A DNA stretch of 64,000 nucleotides from Bryobacterales bacterium (GTDB lineage Bacteria > Acidobacteriota > Terriglobia > Bryobacterales > UBA6623): contig OZ250179.1 in the NCBI GenBank assembly GCA_965238125.1, positions 5,237,271-5,301,270 on the forward strand, written 5' to 3'. Positions 8,658-19,666 of the stretch are shown one piece after another. Each line of letters starts with the position of its first letter. The stretch's first letter is position 1. Position numbers and translations under genes: made by a program. The notes under the pieces are model-generated. The model saw only the letters and a program-made list of their open reading frames with translations, was not told the origin of the DNA and did not search any database.

Positions 8658-11410
8658 TTAGTCCTGCTCGCGGTCGCGGAATTCTTCGAACCAGTTCTGC
8701 ACCACGCGGATTGACGGGGTATCGCTTCCTCGCTCTCCGCTTCATCCACAAGCACGAAGCGGCCGTCGGCGGAGACGTCGTAGGACACTGGAACGAAGCC
8801 GCCCGGCGGAAAAAGGTGGGTATCTGAAAACAGGGGCGTGGCCGCGACCGGCGCGAAGGCCGGAGACGTCGTCACCTCAACGGCCATCAGCGTGTCCCCC
8901 TCGACGTAGAACAGCTCTTTGCCGTCGTGGCTCCAGCGCGGCTGACAGCCCCCGCTCGCCGAGACCTGCCACTGCCCATCGCCGGAGGGAAACGGCCGCA
9001 CGTAAACCTGATGCTTACCTGAGTTGTCCGAGCAGTAAGCGATAAAACGCCCGCCGGGCGAAAGACGCGGCGCTTGCTCGGCGAAGGGCGTTTCAAGGAA
9101 CGGCACGGATTCAAACTCGTCCTCGTCGTCTTTGCGCTTCAGATACCAAATGTCGGAACTGCTATCTGCTCCGACCGCGAGAACTGTTCCAGCCGTGGAG
9201 ACCGTGTAGACCAGGTAGTTCCCGTCGCGAGACCAGCCGTAGGCGACCTCATGCGCCTCGGTGGTGGCGACCAACACCCGCGCCTCGCCGGTACCGTTCG
9301 CCGCCCGGCGGAAGATGTCGAAGTTTCCCTCGCGTAGCGAGGAAAACGTGATCTCTCGCCCCGAAGACGACCATTGCGGCAAGACATCGAGCGCCGCATC
9401 AAAGGTCAACCGCCGCTTCATCGGCCGCTCGACCTCATGCACCCAGACGTCGAAGTTGCCGCTTTCCGTTGCCCCCACCGCCACGCGGCGGCCGTCGGGA
9501 GAGATCACCGGGAAGCCAATGTACCGCTACGGCTGTCCGATCTCGCCGAGCTTCTCTCCGTCCCGGCCGCGCCAAACCAGTTGTTGCAGCGTCCCGGCCC
9601 CCTCGAGGAAAACCAGCGTTCCGTCTTCCGAGACGCTGGGATGGATGGCGTCCTCGGCGATCGGGAACGCCTCACCGCTCGGCTGCAGAGTCTCCAGCGA
9701 GAACGGCAAGGCCCAAAGACTCCCCTGCAGGCTGCTTCTTATCTTCGTAAACACAAGGTGTCCACTCGGCGAATAGCCGGCCCACACGCCGTCTTGGGCC
9801 AACAGTTGCGACTCGCCGGTTTCGAGGTTCTTGAGGACGATGTCTGTAGCGAACCCCTCCCCGACACTCAAAACCAAGCTTCGAGCACGAGCCTGGAGCG
9901 GCAGGAACCGAGGTTGAAGATTGAGGTTCCCTTTCTCGGTCTCCTCCCGCTCGAACAGCAGCTTGGGCGGCCCTCCCCGAGCGGGGACTTCATGGATTCG
10001 CAGGTCTGAGGCGAAGGCGACTGTCTGCCCATCGGGACTCCACGAGCCGCCCTGATAGCTGCCGGGCAATTGACAGAGCGTGACCGGCAGTCCCCCATCG
10101 ATCGAGATCTTCTTGAGCTCATCCTGTACGACGAAGCCGAGAAACCGGCTGTCGGGCGACCAGAAAGGATCCCGGCTCACGCCTTCGGTCCCGGCCAGTC
10201 GGCGTGGTTCTTCGCGATCGATGTCCCGCACCCAGAGCGCCGGCTCGCCCGGCCCGGCCAAATAGGCGATGTGCCGGCCGTTGGGAGACACGGCTTCGTT
10301 TAGGCCGATTGTCATCAACAGGGCCTCGGGAGCAAAGGACCACTTACTGACCAGGAGCTCGGGCGACCGAGTTTGCCTGAGGAAGAGCGAGGCAAAGAGT
10401 GCGATCGCAAGGCAGGCCGCCACCGCCCAGGAGAGTCGTTCACGGGTTGCGGTGGGGGCGCCTTGCTGGGCCTTGGGGACGGTGGCGAGTTCGGCTACGT
10501 TTGGGCCTTGTTGCGCTGGGGCTGGTTGTGTTGGACCGGCAGGAGTGCCGGTCGCTACGGGAGCACCTGTGCGCAGGATCGTCGATTTACCCGACTTCAG
10601 CTTCTCGCTGAGCGTTTCCAAGTCCACAACCATGTCGGCAGTACTTTGGTAGCGCCTGTCGGCTTCCTTGGCGAGACACTTGTTCACCAAAAGTTCCAAC
10701 TCCATCGGGACGCCCGTCCGCAGCGCTGTCATCGGCTCCGGCTCTTCGTTGGTGATCGAATACATCACGGCTTTGTCGTAGTGGCCCTTGAACGGCCGCT
10801 GCCCGGTGACCATCTCGTAAATGACAACACCCAGTGACCAGACATCCGTACGGTGGTCCAGCTCCATCCCGTAGGTCTGCTCGGGGGACATGTAGGTAAC
10901 CGTGCCCATGGTCTCGTCCAAACGGGTGAGCTTCGAGCGGTCGGTTAGCAGCGCCAGCCCGAAGTCCATGATGGTGACGTGGCCGTCTTCGCCGATCATC
11001 AGGTTCGCAGGCTTGATATCCCGGTGCACAATCTTCTTGCCATGTGCGGCTTGTAGGCCCTTGGCCGTCTGGATGGCGATGTCGAGAGCGTCCTTCAGCT
11101 TCAGCGGCCCGGCCTCGATCTTCTTCTCCAGCGGCTCGCCTTCGAGGAAGGCCATGGCAATGTAGGTGCGGCCATTGGCCTCCGCGATTTCATGGACGGT
11201 GCAGACGTTAGGATGATTTAGGGCAGCGGCGGCCTTGGCCTCACGCTCGAATCGCTTGCGGATCTCGGTGTCCTCGACCAGATGCGCGGCGAGGAACTTG
11301 AGGGCAACGGGGCGATCCAGCGACGTGTCTTCGGCCTTGTAGACGACACCCATGCCGCCCCGGCCGAGTTCGGCGGTGACCTTGTAGTGAGAGATCGTTT
11401 GGCCGACCAT
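8658..11410 (-). pseudogene. Ser/Thr protein kinase + TM + TolB-like beta-propeller (paralog 1), disrupted
   Basis: [47 protein letters not shown], then repeated SPDG/WSPDG propeller blades. In-frame TAG at 9527-9529 (GEIGQP*RYIGFPVISPDG). A 1-nt frame change at G-run 8716-8719 removes the conserved tail [18 protein letters not shown]-stop, which is still readable ending at 8658. Confidence 0.85.
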
Positions 11411-11500
11411 GACAGCCCGATTTTACCGTGATTCAGATAACTGCTGATAACAATCGATGTCATGAACTATTACATTTTTCGTCCCCAGGTGCTTGAGACG
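11411..11500 (-). promoter_or_regulatory. Conserved kinase leader module (box + TAAAAT 9 nt before the ATG)
   Basis: TGATAACAATCGATGTCATG box at 11445-11464. TAAAAT (minus strand) at 11425-11420, with exactly 9 nt to ATG 11410 and no purine-rich SD. Homologous to 52187-52260 and 59525-59600. Confidence 0.5.
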
Positions 11501-11648
11501 GCTTGGGCTGCCGCCGGTCTGACCTCTTGTTGAGGGAACCCTCGCCGCCGATTGTTGAGTCGGAAATCATTTCTCGACAACGATCAACCGCGACACTCCG
11601 ACTCGAAAGATTCTAGCTTGGGCGGGCGGCATAGGAGGCTGCTTAGCT

Positions 11649-12741
11649 ATGAATCAACCGACTCATCGTCGTACTCGTCGCCGGAGGAAATCTCCCACCT
11701 TGCCCGAACTCGAACAGGCCAAGGCCGGCGTCCTCAACAGTCTCGGGTCTCTGCAGTCTCGCCGGTCCTACGGACGTGCGATCGAGGAGTTTATCGTCTG
11801 GTACTGTTCCGAGCCGCGACTGGCTCTCAACCGTGCCGTCGTGCTCCGCTTCCGCCTACGACTGGAAAGTCTGCGTCTGGCCGCTGCCACGATCAACGTT
11901 CGCATGGCCGCTGTTCGCCGTCTTGCTACCGAAGCCGCCGACAGCGGTTTGCTCAGCCCGGATCTCATCGCGGGTATTCGACGGGTTCGCGGCGTCAAAC
12001 AGTTGGGTCGCCGTATGGGCAACTGGCTCACTCCCGACGAGGGGCAGCGCCTGCTCAGTGCTGTCAGCGCCGATACTCTCCGCGGCAAGAGGGGACGCCG
12101 CTATGCTGGGGTTGCTGCTCGGCTGTGGATTACGACGCTCCGAGCTGGTCGAATTGGACGTGGATCAGATCCAACAGCGGGAGCAGCACTGGGTGATCCT
12201 TGACCTGATCGGCAAGGGAGGCCGCGTGCGTACGGTGCCCATGCCGGGTTGGGTCAAGGAGGCGATGGATGAGTGGATCTGTTCTGCGGAGATCACGGAA
12301 GGCCGGTTGTTCAGGGCGATCCGCAAGAACGGCGTGATGTGGGGACACGGGCTAACGCAGAACGTGGTCTGGTACGTAGTAAAGCAGTGTGCCCAGCGAG
12401 CGGGCATTCAGAAGCTTTCTCCCCATGACCTGAGGCGCACCTGCGCCAGGCTGTGTCATGAAGCGGGCGGAGAGTTGGAGCAGATCCAGTTTCTGCTCGG
12501 CCACGCCTCGGTGCTGACAACCGAACGTTACTTCGGCTGCAAACAACAACTGGGCCAGGCTGTGAATGACCGAATCCAGCTAACTGTTGTCCACACTCGT
12601 ATCACCGATCTGGCAGCAGACACGGACAGGATCAATCAACGATCACAAAACGAAGGCCGAGGGTCCGCCACAGAGGAACCGAAACCCAGGAACGGCGGCC
12701 TGGCAGTGAGTGCAGCACGGAGTCACCGTCCGGATTCGTAG
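11649..12741 (+). pseudogene. Tyrosine recombinase/integrase with a frameshift
   Basis: Two overlapping ORFs (11649-12203, 11776-12741). Joining them at G-run 12091-12094 gives ...TLRGKRDAAMLGLLLGCGLRRSEL...HDLRRTCARL...LLGHASVLTTERYF (R..HxxR..Y catalytic pattern). Confidence 0.8.
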
Positions 12742-12963
12742 AATTGCCGGTCGCGCGGATCTTGAGTGTGTGACGTGCAAAAGAATGATCAGGTGGCCCC
12801 CCACAAGGCAGTCCCTTGAACTCTACGGCGCCGGCGAAAAGAACTGGACCGGTGCGCGAGAGGGTTGGATCTCGCTGATGATCAGTGCCGCGGTCTTCTG
12901 GATTGCATCGAGTGATGCCGCGAGTGTTCGGCGTCGCCGCCGTGGAGGTGGATGGAGTCGCGG

Positions 12964-13302
12964 CTAGCGGTGTTCGTTTCGAGGCCGACTGGTTGGGCAG
13001 ACGACGAAGGCGACGGCTTCGGCCTCTGTTTCCCGCATGCGGTGCGTGGTCTGCCGGCGATACGTCTGATGGAGGAGTTCGTGTGCGAACTCGTGCGCGA
13101 GGGTTGCGAACTCCTCTCCAGGCGGCAGTCCCGGGAGGAGCGTGATGTGCGCTCCGCGAGAGCACCCGTGAGCGGGAGCGATGCTCCGTGAGTACGCGTG
13201 ATGCCCCACTTTGCGATGACCGCCTTCAGGCGCGGTGTGGAGGACGGGGGAGAGCCCTGCACTGGACCGAGTTCTGGGAGCGGACGACCGCTTGTTCGCT
13301 TA
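12964..13302 (-). pseudogene. Zincin-type metallopeptidase fragment (ImmA/IrrE- or ArdC-C-terminal-like), 5' end cut by IS630
   Basis: ...GAHITLLPGLPPGEEFATLAHEFAHELLHQ...RETEAEAVAFVVC (HExxH plus downstream E). The reading frame runs straight into the IS630 left end at 13303. Confidence 0.55.
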
Positions 13303-14340
13303 CTGAGTCTCGCATAATATACTGTGAATCGAGACAAAGAGAAGACTGTTTCCAGAAAGCGGTAATCAAGCGCGGTTTGCGGCGCATTCGCCGCAGCGCT
13401 TTGCGGGCGCGCTCGTCGAGTTCCCAGTAGTCCTTCGGGCAGACGTTGGGCAACTCGTGCTGCTTCCAGTACGCCCAAATGTATTCCACCGGGTTCAACT
13501 CCGGCGCATAGGGCGGCAAGTACTCCGTTGCGATGTGATCCTCGGAGAGCTGGATGAACTCCCGCACCAGGCGGCTGCGGTGCGCCGGCAGCCGGTCCCA
13601 GACGATCAGCAGTGGGCCGTCGATGTGGCGCACCAAAGCCTTCAGGAAGTCGATGACCTCCAGCTCGCCGATCGCGCCGGGATAGAGCCGGAAGTAAAAG
13701 TTGCGCAACGTCAGCCCGGCCGACACCGACAGCTTGTCCCAGTTGAAGTTGAACTCCAACACCGGTGTCTCGCCGCGCGGCGCCCAGGTGCGGCAACGAT
13801 GCGGCTTCTGACTCAATCCGCTTTCGTCGATGAAGACGATCGTACGTTCTTCTTTGCGGGCTTTTTTTTAATGGCCGGCCAAGTCTTGCGCTGCCAGCCG
13901 CGGATGGCCTCTTCGTTGCGCTCCCGCGCTTTGCCGACGGGCCGTTGCGGGCTCCAACCGAGCGCCCGCAGGATCTTCCAGACATGGCCCTCGTGATAGC
14001 GCACGCCGAACTCGTCTCCGATCAGACGAGCGACCCGCGGACAGCTCCACAGCGGCGTCGGGAAGCCGTGCGCCTCGGGGCCTTCCAGCAGCAACGCCTC
14101 GAGGCGTTCGAGCTGCGCGGCGTCCAACAGCGGCTTACGGCCGGCGCGGCCGGCCTGGCGCAACCCGGCTTCGCCGTCACGCCGGTATCGTCGCAGCCAC
14201 TCGCTGACGCTTTGCCGCGCGACCTTCAATCGCCTCGCTGTCTCGGACTGACTACAGCCTTGCTCGACCAACCGGATCGCTTTGAAACGGCGCTTCTCCA
14301 GGGCCTCGAAATCCCGCCGTACGCCTTTTGTATTTCCCAT
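13226..14340 (-). CDS. IS630 transposase (HTH orfA + DDE orfB joined by -1 frameshift)
   Basis: MGNTKGVRRDFEALEKRRF...HTH; slippery A AAA AAG (T-run 13862-13869 on the plus strand). A -1 read gives ...IKKKARKEERTIVFIDESGLSQKPHRCRTWAPRGETP...DRLPAHRS...PPYAPELNPVEYIW. The stop seen in copy 4 is TCA here (G13326 versus C28627), so the ORF reads 33 codons into flanking DNA. Confidence 0.8.
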
Positions 14341-14395
14341 ACATACAAAGACGTACGTACCCCAAAAAGGTGTCACTTTATTTTGCGAGACTCAA
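13303..14395 (-). mobile_element. IS630-family insertion sequence, copy 1 (1093 bp)
   Basis: Terminal inverted repeats CTGAGTCTCGCATAATA / TTGAGTCTCGCAAAATA, flanked by TA (13301-13302, 14396-14397). Differs from copy 28604-29696 at only about 4-5 positions. Confidence 0.9.
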
Positions 14396-14397
14396 TA

Positions 14398-14786
14398 ATG
14401 TCGAAGACGTGAACGGTTCTGAACCCGGCGATGTGCTCTTCTTCATCCTCGGTCGACGCCGGCTGTCAGACAATTGGTGCGAGGATGGCGATACCCTTCG
14501 CTGGGAGTGACCGACGAGATGACCGACGACACTGTTTCGTCCTAAGCCAAGCGCTGTCGAGAAGGGCGAGACGCAGGGCTTCATGAAGGCGCTCGTCGAC
14601 GCCGAGACAAAGCGGTTTCTGGGTGCGGCGATCCTCGGCGTTGGCGGAGACGAGGTCGTGCACTCCATCCTGGAAGTGATGTACGCCGATGTTCCGTACA
14701 CCGTGCTCCAGCGGGCGGTGCACAGTCACCCGACCGTAACGGAGTTGATTCCGACAATGCTGCAGGGTCTCATGCCGTTGGAGTAG
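14398..14786 (+). pseudogene. Pyridine nucleotide-disulfide oxidoreductase, C-terminal remnant
   Basis: ...AVEKGETQGFMKALVDAETKRFLGAAILGVGGDEVVHSILEVMYADVPYTVLQRAVHSHPTVTELIPTML (dimerisation domain). The upstream part is frame-broken and cut by IS630. Confidence 0.6.
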
Positions 14787-15105
14787 TCACGGACCGCTTT
14801 ACCGCCACCCATGACGAGCCGGAGTCAACCTCTCCTCAGCAGCATCGGCGGAGCCTCTGCCGTTCTCGGCTGTGTGTCTTTCTCGCAGGAACTTTCCTCT
14901 ATCCGATGTAGATGGACCCAAAACGACCCTGTTGCCGCCTTCGAGGAGTATGCTGCCTGACCGCGGACTCGGGGCAACCGCTCCCTGACGGGTACCACCA
15001 CGCAGATCTACGACAAGCGGCGGCTCACGTCGTGGTCACTTATTTTCCACTGACCGCTGCTAAAAGGCGGCTCATCAACCGCCACAAGGCGCTTTCGTAA
15101 CAGCG

Positions 15106-16329
15106 CTACAGCGCCGCGCGGCTTTGAAAGCCCGCCCGAACATGATTCGCGATCACTCCCAATCCGAGCAACACCGCGAAAAACCGCACCAACGCGCCAA
15201 GGAACGGCACACTCGTAAGAACCACCCAGAGCAGCAGGCCGACCAGCAACGCCGCGGCAAATGAGCCGAGCCGGTCGAAAGGCTTTTTCAGCAAGGCTTG
15301 GCCGGCAAACGCAGCAACGACCAGCACCGCGAAGTAAAGTCCCGCCAGCCAGCAGAGGAGGCCCAACAACCCGATCGGCAACCCGATGACCGTGACCATG
15401 ACAAGCACCGCCGCCACTGGAGTCGCGACCAGCGTCAAGAAGCCGATACCCACGTTTCGGAGCAGCGCCAATCCGCTTGCCGGGCGGTTTGCAAATAGCG
15501 CCGGCACCAACAGGAAGAGCACAAGCCCCGTCGCGAACCCCGCGCCAAGACGGAAAATTTGCCATCCGTAAAATCCGGGGCTCGCGAACCGGCTCGTGTC
15601 AACGCGCCGAGCCCGGACTTGAATGTCACGCCGCCCCCCAATCGTCGCTCCCGGTTCGACCTGAACGTCATCCGCGTCGTCGACATGGGCGGTTAGGTTG
15701 CCGTCGACCTCGGCAGGCGCCTGCAGTGACAGACGGGCCGTCCACGCCTCGAGGTTGCGTCCGACTTTCCCCCGAACATCCGTCATTGCGGCAAAAGCGA
15801 GCAAGTCCCGACCAACGGAGCCGTCCGCGGAAACCTCCGACCCGAACGCGATGACGTCTCCTTCCACGCTTGCGTCCGGGCGAAGCCGTACTTGCTCAGC
15901 AAAACTGTGCAAGCTTTCGCCGACATCGCCGTTCAGCTCGACCTCCTGTGAAAAAGTGAACGCGTTGCCTTCGACTGTCCCCGGCAGGTCGACCTCTCGA
16001 GCCGCGGCAATCAAGTCCCCGGTAATGGTGCCGTTGACGGTGATTCTTCTGGCGGCGGCAATAACGTTGCCGGAGACGATTCCGTCAATGGTGACGGTTT
16101 CGCCTGCTACGATCAACGTATCGTCAATTCGCTCGTCGCTGCCGATGACGACGCGGGCAGATGCGTCCCCGACGCGAACTTCGACGGCAGGGCTGAGGGC
16201 GGGCCAAAGTAACAGGATCATCAGCAGTATTGGCCGGACGAGACGCAGGCTCGGTCGACCCCCAGCGAAACGAGAGACTGTCGAAAACCCGCTGACGGAC
16301 GCTGCCGAAGAATTACGCAGAACCTGCAT
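15106..16329 (-). CDS. Membrane protein with bactofilin-like (polymer-forming cytoskeletal) repeats and a multi-TM C-terminus
   Basis: ORF 15106-16407; likely ATG at 16329. Repeated GxV.G[DN] beta-helix-like units (VTIDGIVSGNVIAAARRITVNGTITGDLIAAAREVDLPGTVEGN...) followed by 4-5 hydrophobic helices. Confidence 0.6.
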   Translation of the reverse strand: MQVLRNSSAASVSGFSTVSRFAGGRPSLRLVRPILLMILLLWPALSPAVEVRVGDASARVVIGSDERIDDTLIVAGETVTIDGIVSGNVIAAARRITVNGTITGDLIAAAREVDLPGTVEGNAFTFSQEVELNGDVGESLHSFAEQVRLRPDASVEGDVIAFGSEVSADGSVGRDLLAFAAMTDVRGKVGRNLEAWTARLSLQAPAEVDGNLTAHVDDADDVQVEPGATIGGRRDIQVRARRVDTSRFASPGFYGWQIFRLGAGFATGLVLFLLVPALFANRPASGLALLRNVGIGFLTLVATPVAAVLVMVTVIGLPIGLLGLLCWLAGLYFAVLVVAAFAGQALLKKPFDRLGSFAAALLVGLLLWVVLTSVPFLGALVRFFAVLLGLGVIANHVRAGFQSRAAL

Positions 16330-16496
16330 GTTGGAGCCTCTTTCCCCAATCGATTCTGTGAGCAATAGTAGTTTACTAAGGTCCACCAGTGCGGAGTCAA
16401 GCATCAAGATTCATCGTACGTTGGTCTCAGGACGCCTGAGCGGATCGCACCGACTCTATAATAAAACGCCGCGACCTTCAGCAGCTGAATGCCGAG

Positions 16497-18328
16497 GGGT
16501 GCGCGACATAAATGTGGGAGCTTGTGGGGTTGTCTTTTTTTGTGGCGTTTTTCCTTGCGTATGTATACGCTAGGTAATAAGGAGGTGCCCCGTGCCCCAA
16601 TCTCTCGCTGCCCTCGAACGACAACGTGCCGCGATTCTCTCCGAGATCCTCCACTTAGGAGACTTTCGCAGCGGCTCGATTACCGCCACCCGCGGCCGCT
16701 GCGGCAAACCGAATTGCCGCTGCCACCAACCCGACCAACCGCCCCATGGTCCGCATTTCCGCCTCACCAAAAAAGTGAGCGACAAGACCGTGACTGAGAC
16801 CTTCTCTTCGCCCGCGGATCGCCGCAAGGCCGAACGCCAGGTGGCCGAGTTTCATCGCTTCCAACAACTCAGCCGGCAATTGCTCGATGTCAACGAAAGC
16901 ATTTGCCGTCTGCGACCCGCCGCAGACACCCCGAAGCCCCAGGAAAAAAAACGGCCGAAACCATCCGCCACGAAGTCGCCCAAGAAGTGACGCAGCTGCT
17001 CGGGGTCATCTTCCGCGGCCAACGCCGCGGCGACCCCCTCGATCTCGAAGCCGTCGAGACGGCGGTTCGCGGCACCATGCATCGCGCCGGGACCACGCTG
17101 CTGAGCAAGTTACTGTCGTCCTCCGAGACCGTGCCGTCCCGAATCCCCTGCCCCTGCGGTCAACAAGCTTGCTGCCGCGATACTCGCCCCAAACAACTCA
17201 CCACCGTGGTGGGCGAGGTGCGTTTCGAGCGCGCCTACTACCTCTGCTCGACATGCCGCCGGGGACAAAGCCCGCGCGACCGCGAACTCGACATCGAAGG
17301 CACCGCCTGCTCGCCCGGCGTGCGCCGCATGATGGCGCTGGTGGGCAGCGAAACTTCTTTCGAGCAAGGCCGTGAACAACTCGACGTCTTGGCCGGTCTC
17401 GACGTTACCGCCAAGTCCGTCGAACGCCATGCCGAGGCCCTCGGCGCCGACATCGAAGCCCGCGAGCAAGTGGCGATCCAACGCGCCAAGCAACTCGACT
17501 TGCCGCACGTCGCCGCCCCCGCCGTGCCCCTGCTCTACATCGAAATGGACGGCACGGGCATTCCCGTCGTGGCCGCCGAGACCGCCGGCCGTGTCGGAAA
17601 AACCGCGGGGCGGCCGGCCCGCACCCGCGAGGTCAAACTCGGCTGCGTCTTCACCCAAACCACCACCGACGAACAAGGCCGGCCGCGGCGCGACGAGAAC
17701 TCGACCAGTTACAGCGCGGCGATCGAGGGAGCCGAGGCGTTCGGCTTGCGGCTGTATACGGAAGCTTGGCGGCGGGGCTGGAGCCGTGCTCGCAAGAAAG
17801 TCATTCTCGGCGACGGCGCGCCCTGGATCTGGAACCTGGCACATCAGCACTTCCCCGGCGCCGTCGAGATCGTCGACCTTTACCATGCGCGGCAGCATCT
17901 GTGGGAGTTGTCGGCGAAACTGTTCCCGAGCGATGAGCGCCGGCGGAAACGTTGGGCCGCGCGGTTGTTGCACAAGCTCGAACAAGGCAAGATCAAGGCG
18001 TTGGTGAAAGTCTTACGCGGGTTCTCCACGCCGAATCAGGAGTCGGCCCATTTGCTCGCCAACGAGGCGGACTACTTCGAGCGCAACGCCGAGCGGATGC
18101 GGTATCCCGAGTTTCGCCGCCAGGGATTGTTTGTCGGCTCGGGAGTGGTCGAGGCGGGCTGCAAGAAGGTGATCGGCGCGCGGTTAAAGCGCTCCGGCAT
18201 GTTCTGGACGGTGCGCGGCGCCAACGCCATCATCGCGTTGCGCTGCTGTCGGCTGAGCGGAAGGTTCGAGGATTACTGGGAGGCCCGTGCCCGCGCCGCT
18301 TGATTTCCCACATTTATGTCGCACACCC
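16497..18328 (+). mobile_element. ISKra4-like insertion sequence (1832 bp)
   Basis: 23-bp terminal inverted repeats GGGTG[C/T]GCGACATAAATGTGGGA at 16497-16519 and 18306-18328. Perfect 9-bp direct duplication AATGCCGAG at 16488-16496 and 18329-18337. Confidence 0.85.
16592..18303 (+). CDS. ISKra4-family transposase in two frames (A-run 16944-16951)
   Basis: The N-terminal Cys-rich part (RGRCGKPNCRCH) ends at 16990. The -1 frame continues ...YYLCSTCRRG...LYIEMDGTGIPV...ILGDGAPWIWN...IVDLYHARQHL...GSGVVEAGCKKVIGARLKRSGMFW, typical of ISKra4 transposases. Confidence 0.8.
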
Positions 18329-18364
18329 AATGCCGAGCCTGTCCAGCCTGTCCTTGGACCAACC

Positions 18365-19519
18365 ATGAAGCATCAAGCGCGGGACTTGGTGGAAACGCAA
18401 TGCTGCATTGTCGGGGCCGGACCCGCGGGGGCGGTCCTTGGGTTTTTGCTGGCTCGCGCCGGCGTTCCTGTCACCGTCGTTGAGTCCCATTCCGATTTTG
18501 ACCGTGACTTCCGCGGTGATACGATCCACCCCGCCGTGATGGAGATTATGGATCAGTTGGGTCTTGCGGAGGGGCTGTTGAAACTTCGCCACTCGAAGAT
18601 TCATGCCGCGGTGATCCGAACTCCCGCCGGTGCCGTAACCATGGCGGAGTTCCGGCGCCTGAGAACGCCGTATCCCTTCATCACGATGCTTCCGCAAGTG
18701 GATTTCTTGGAGTTCATTACTGCCAAGGCCCGGGCGTATCCGAATTTCCGGTTGTTGATGGGCCGAAGAGTCGAGCAATTGGTTGAAGAGGACGGGGTGA
18801 TTCGAGGTGTTCGTTACCGTTCCGACGACGGACGGCATCAGATTCGCGCAGCGCTGACGGTGGGTGCTGATGGTCGCGGTTCCCTGGTGCGTCACTTGGC
18901 GGGCTTTCGGTCCGTGAAGACATCGCCACCGATGGATGTCCTCTGGTTTCGTCTGCCGCGCTACCCGACCGACGTTGCCACCGAGAGCGTCACGTTTCGG
19001 GTCCAGACGGGACGGCTGCTGATCGTATTTGATCGTTCGGATTGCTGGCAGGTGGCCTATGTGTTTGCCAAGGGAACTTATCAACGGCTGCGCGAAGCCG
19101 GGTTAGCGGCTCTGCGCACATCGATCGCGGAACTTGCCCCGCAGTTCGAGGACCGGGTCGAAGCTCTCGAAGATTGGAAACAGGTCGCCGTGCTCTCGGT
19201 GGAATCCGGCTTCGTCAAGCGCTGGTACCGGCCCGGGCTGCTGCTCATCGGGGACGCCGCCCATATCATGTCGCCGCTGGGGGCCGGTCGCATTCGCCTT
19301 TCGGACTTGGCGGCCGTGCAGCGCCGCCGAGGGTGGCCGACTCGTGTGATTCAAGCCTTCCAATCGGTGGCCCAAAAGCGGCTGATTGCAGAGGCGCTCG
19401 ATTCCACGCGTCCCTTCCAATTGCCCCTGCCTCTGCGCCTGCTGCGGCGAGCGCCGATGCTAAACGCCCTGCTGGCTCGACTGATCGGCTTCGGCCTCTG
19501 GCGCGCTCGAGTGAAGTGA
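18365..19519 (+). CDS. FAD-dependent monooxygenase (UbiH/PheA-type)
   Basis: ATG 18365. CCIVGAGPAGAVLGFLLARAG (GxGxxG), ADGRGS, LLLIGDAAHIMSP. The conserved G.G.N..IQDA block that normally follows GDAAH..SP appears to be missing. Confidence 0.75.
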   Translation: MKHQARDLVETQCCIVGAGPAGAVLGFLLARAGVPVTVVESHSDFDRDFRGDTIHPAVMEIMDQLGLAEGLLKLRHSKIHAAVIRTPAGAVTMAEFRRLRTPYPFITMLPQVDFLEFITAKARAYPNFRLLMGRRVEQLVEEDGVIRGVRYRSDDGRHQIRAALTVGADGRGSLVRHLAGFRSVKTSPPMDVLWFRLPRYPTDVATESVTFRVQTGRLLIVFDRSDCWQVAYVFAKGTYQRLREAGLAALRTSIAELAPQFEDRVEALEDWKQVAVLSVESGFVKRWYRPGLLLIGDAAHIMSPLGAGRIRLSDLAAVQRRRGWPTRVIQAFQSVAQKRLIAEALDSTRPFQLPLPLRLLRRAPMLNALLARLIGFGLWRARVK

Positions 19520-19522
19520 CCC

Positions 19523-19650
19523 GAGCTGCCGGTCGCGGAACCCCGCGAACCAGTTTTGGATCACGTGGATTGACGGCTGGGCGGCCTCTCCCACCAGATC
19601 GGGTAAGAGAAACCGCTGCCCGTCTGCCGAGACGTCGTATCGGGGAGCTG
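19523..19650 (-). pseudogene. Solo 3' remnant of a kinase-TolB gene
   Basis: The minus strand reads RYDVSADGQRFLLPDLVGEAAQPSIHVIQNWFAGFRDRQLG, matching the C-termini of 8658-11410 and 49548-52186. No gene body lies upstream. Confidence 0.6.
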
Positions 19651-19666
19651 TGAACCGAAAAACGCG

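Noticed and set aside
9527-9529. The in-frame TAG as pyrrolysine or programmed read-through.
   Set aside because: No pyl genes or PYLIS-like context were seen. The same gene also carries a frameshift, so simple inactivation is more likely.
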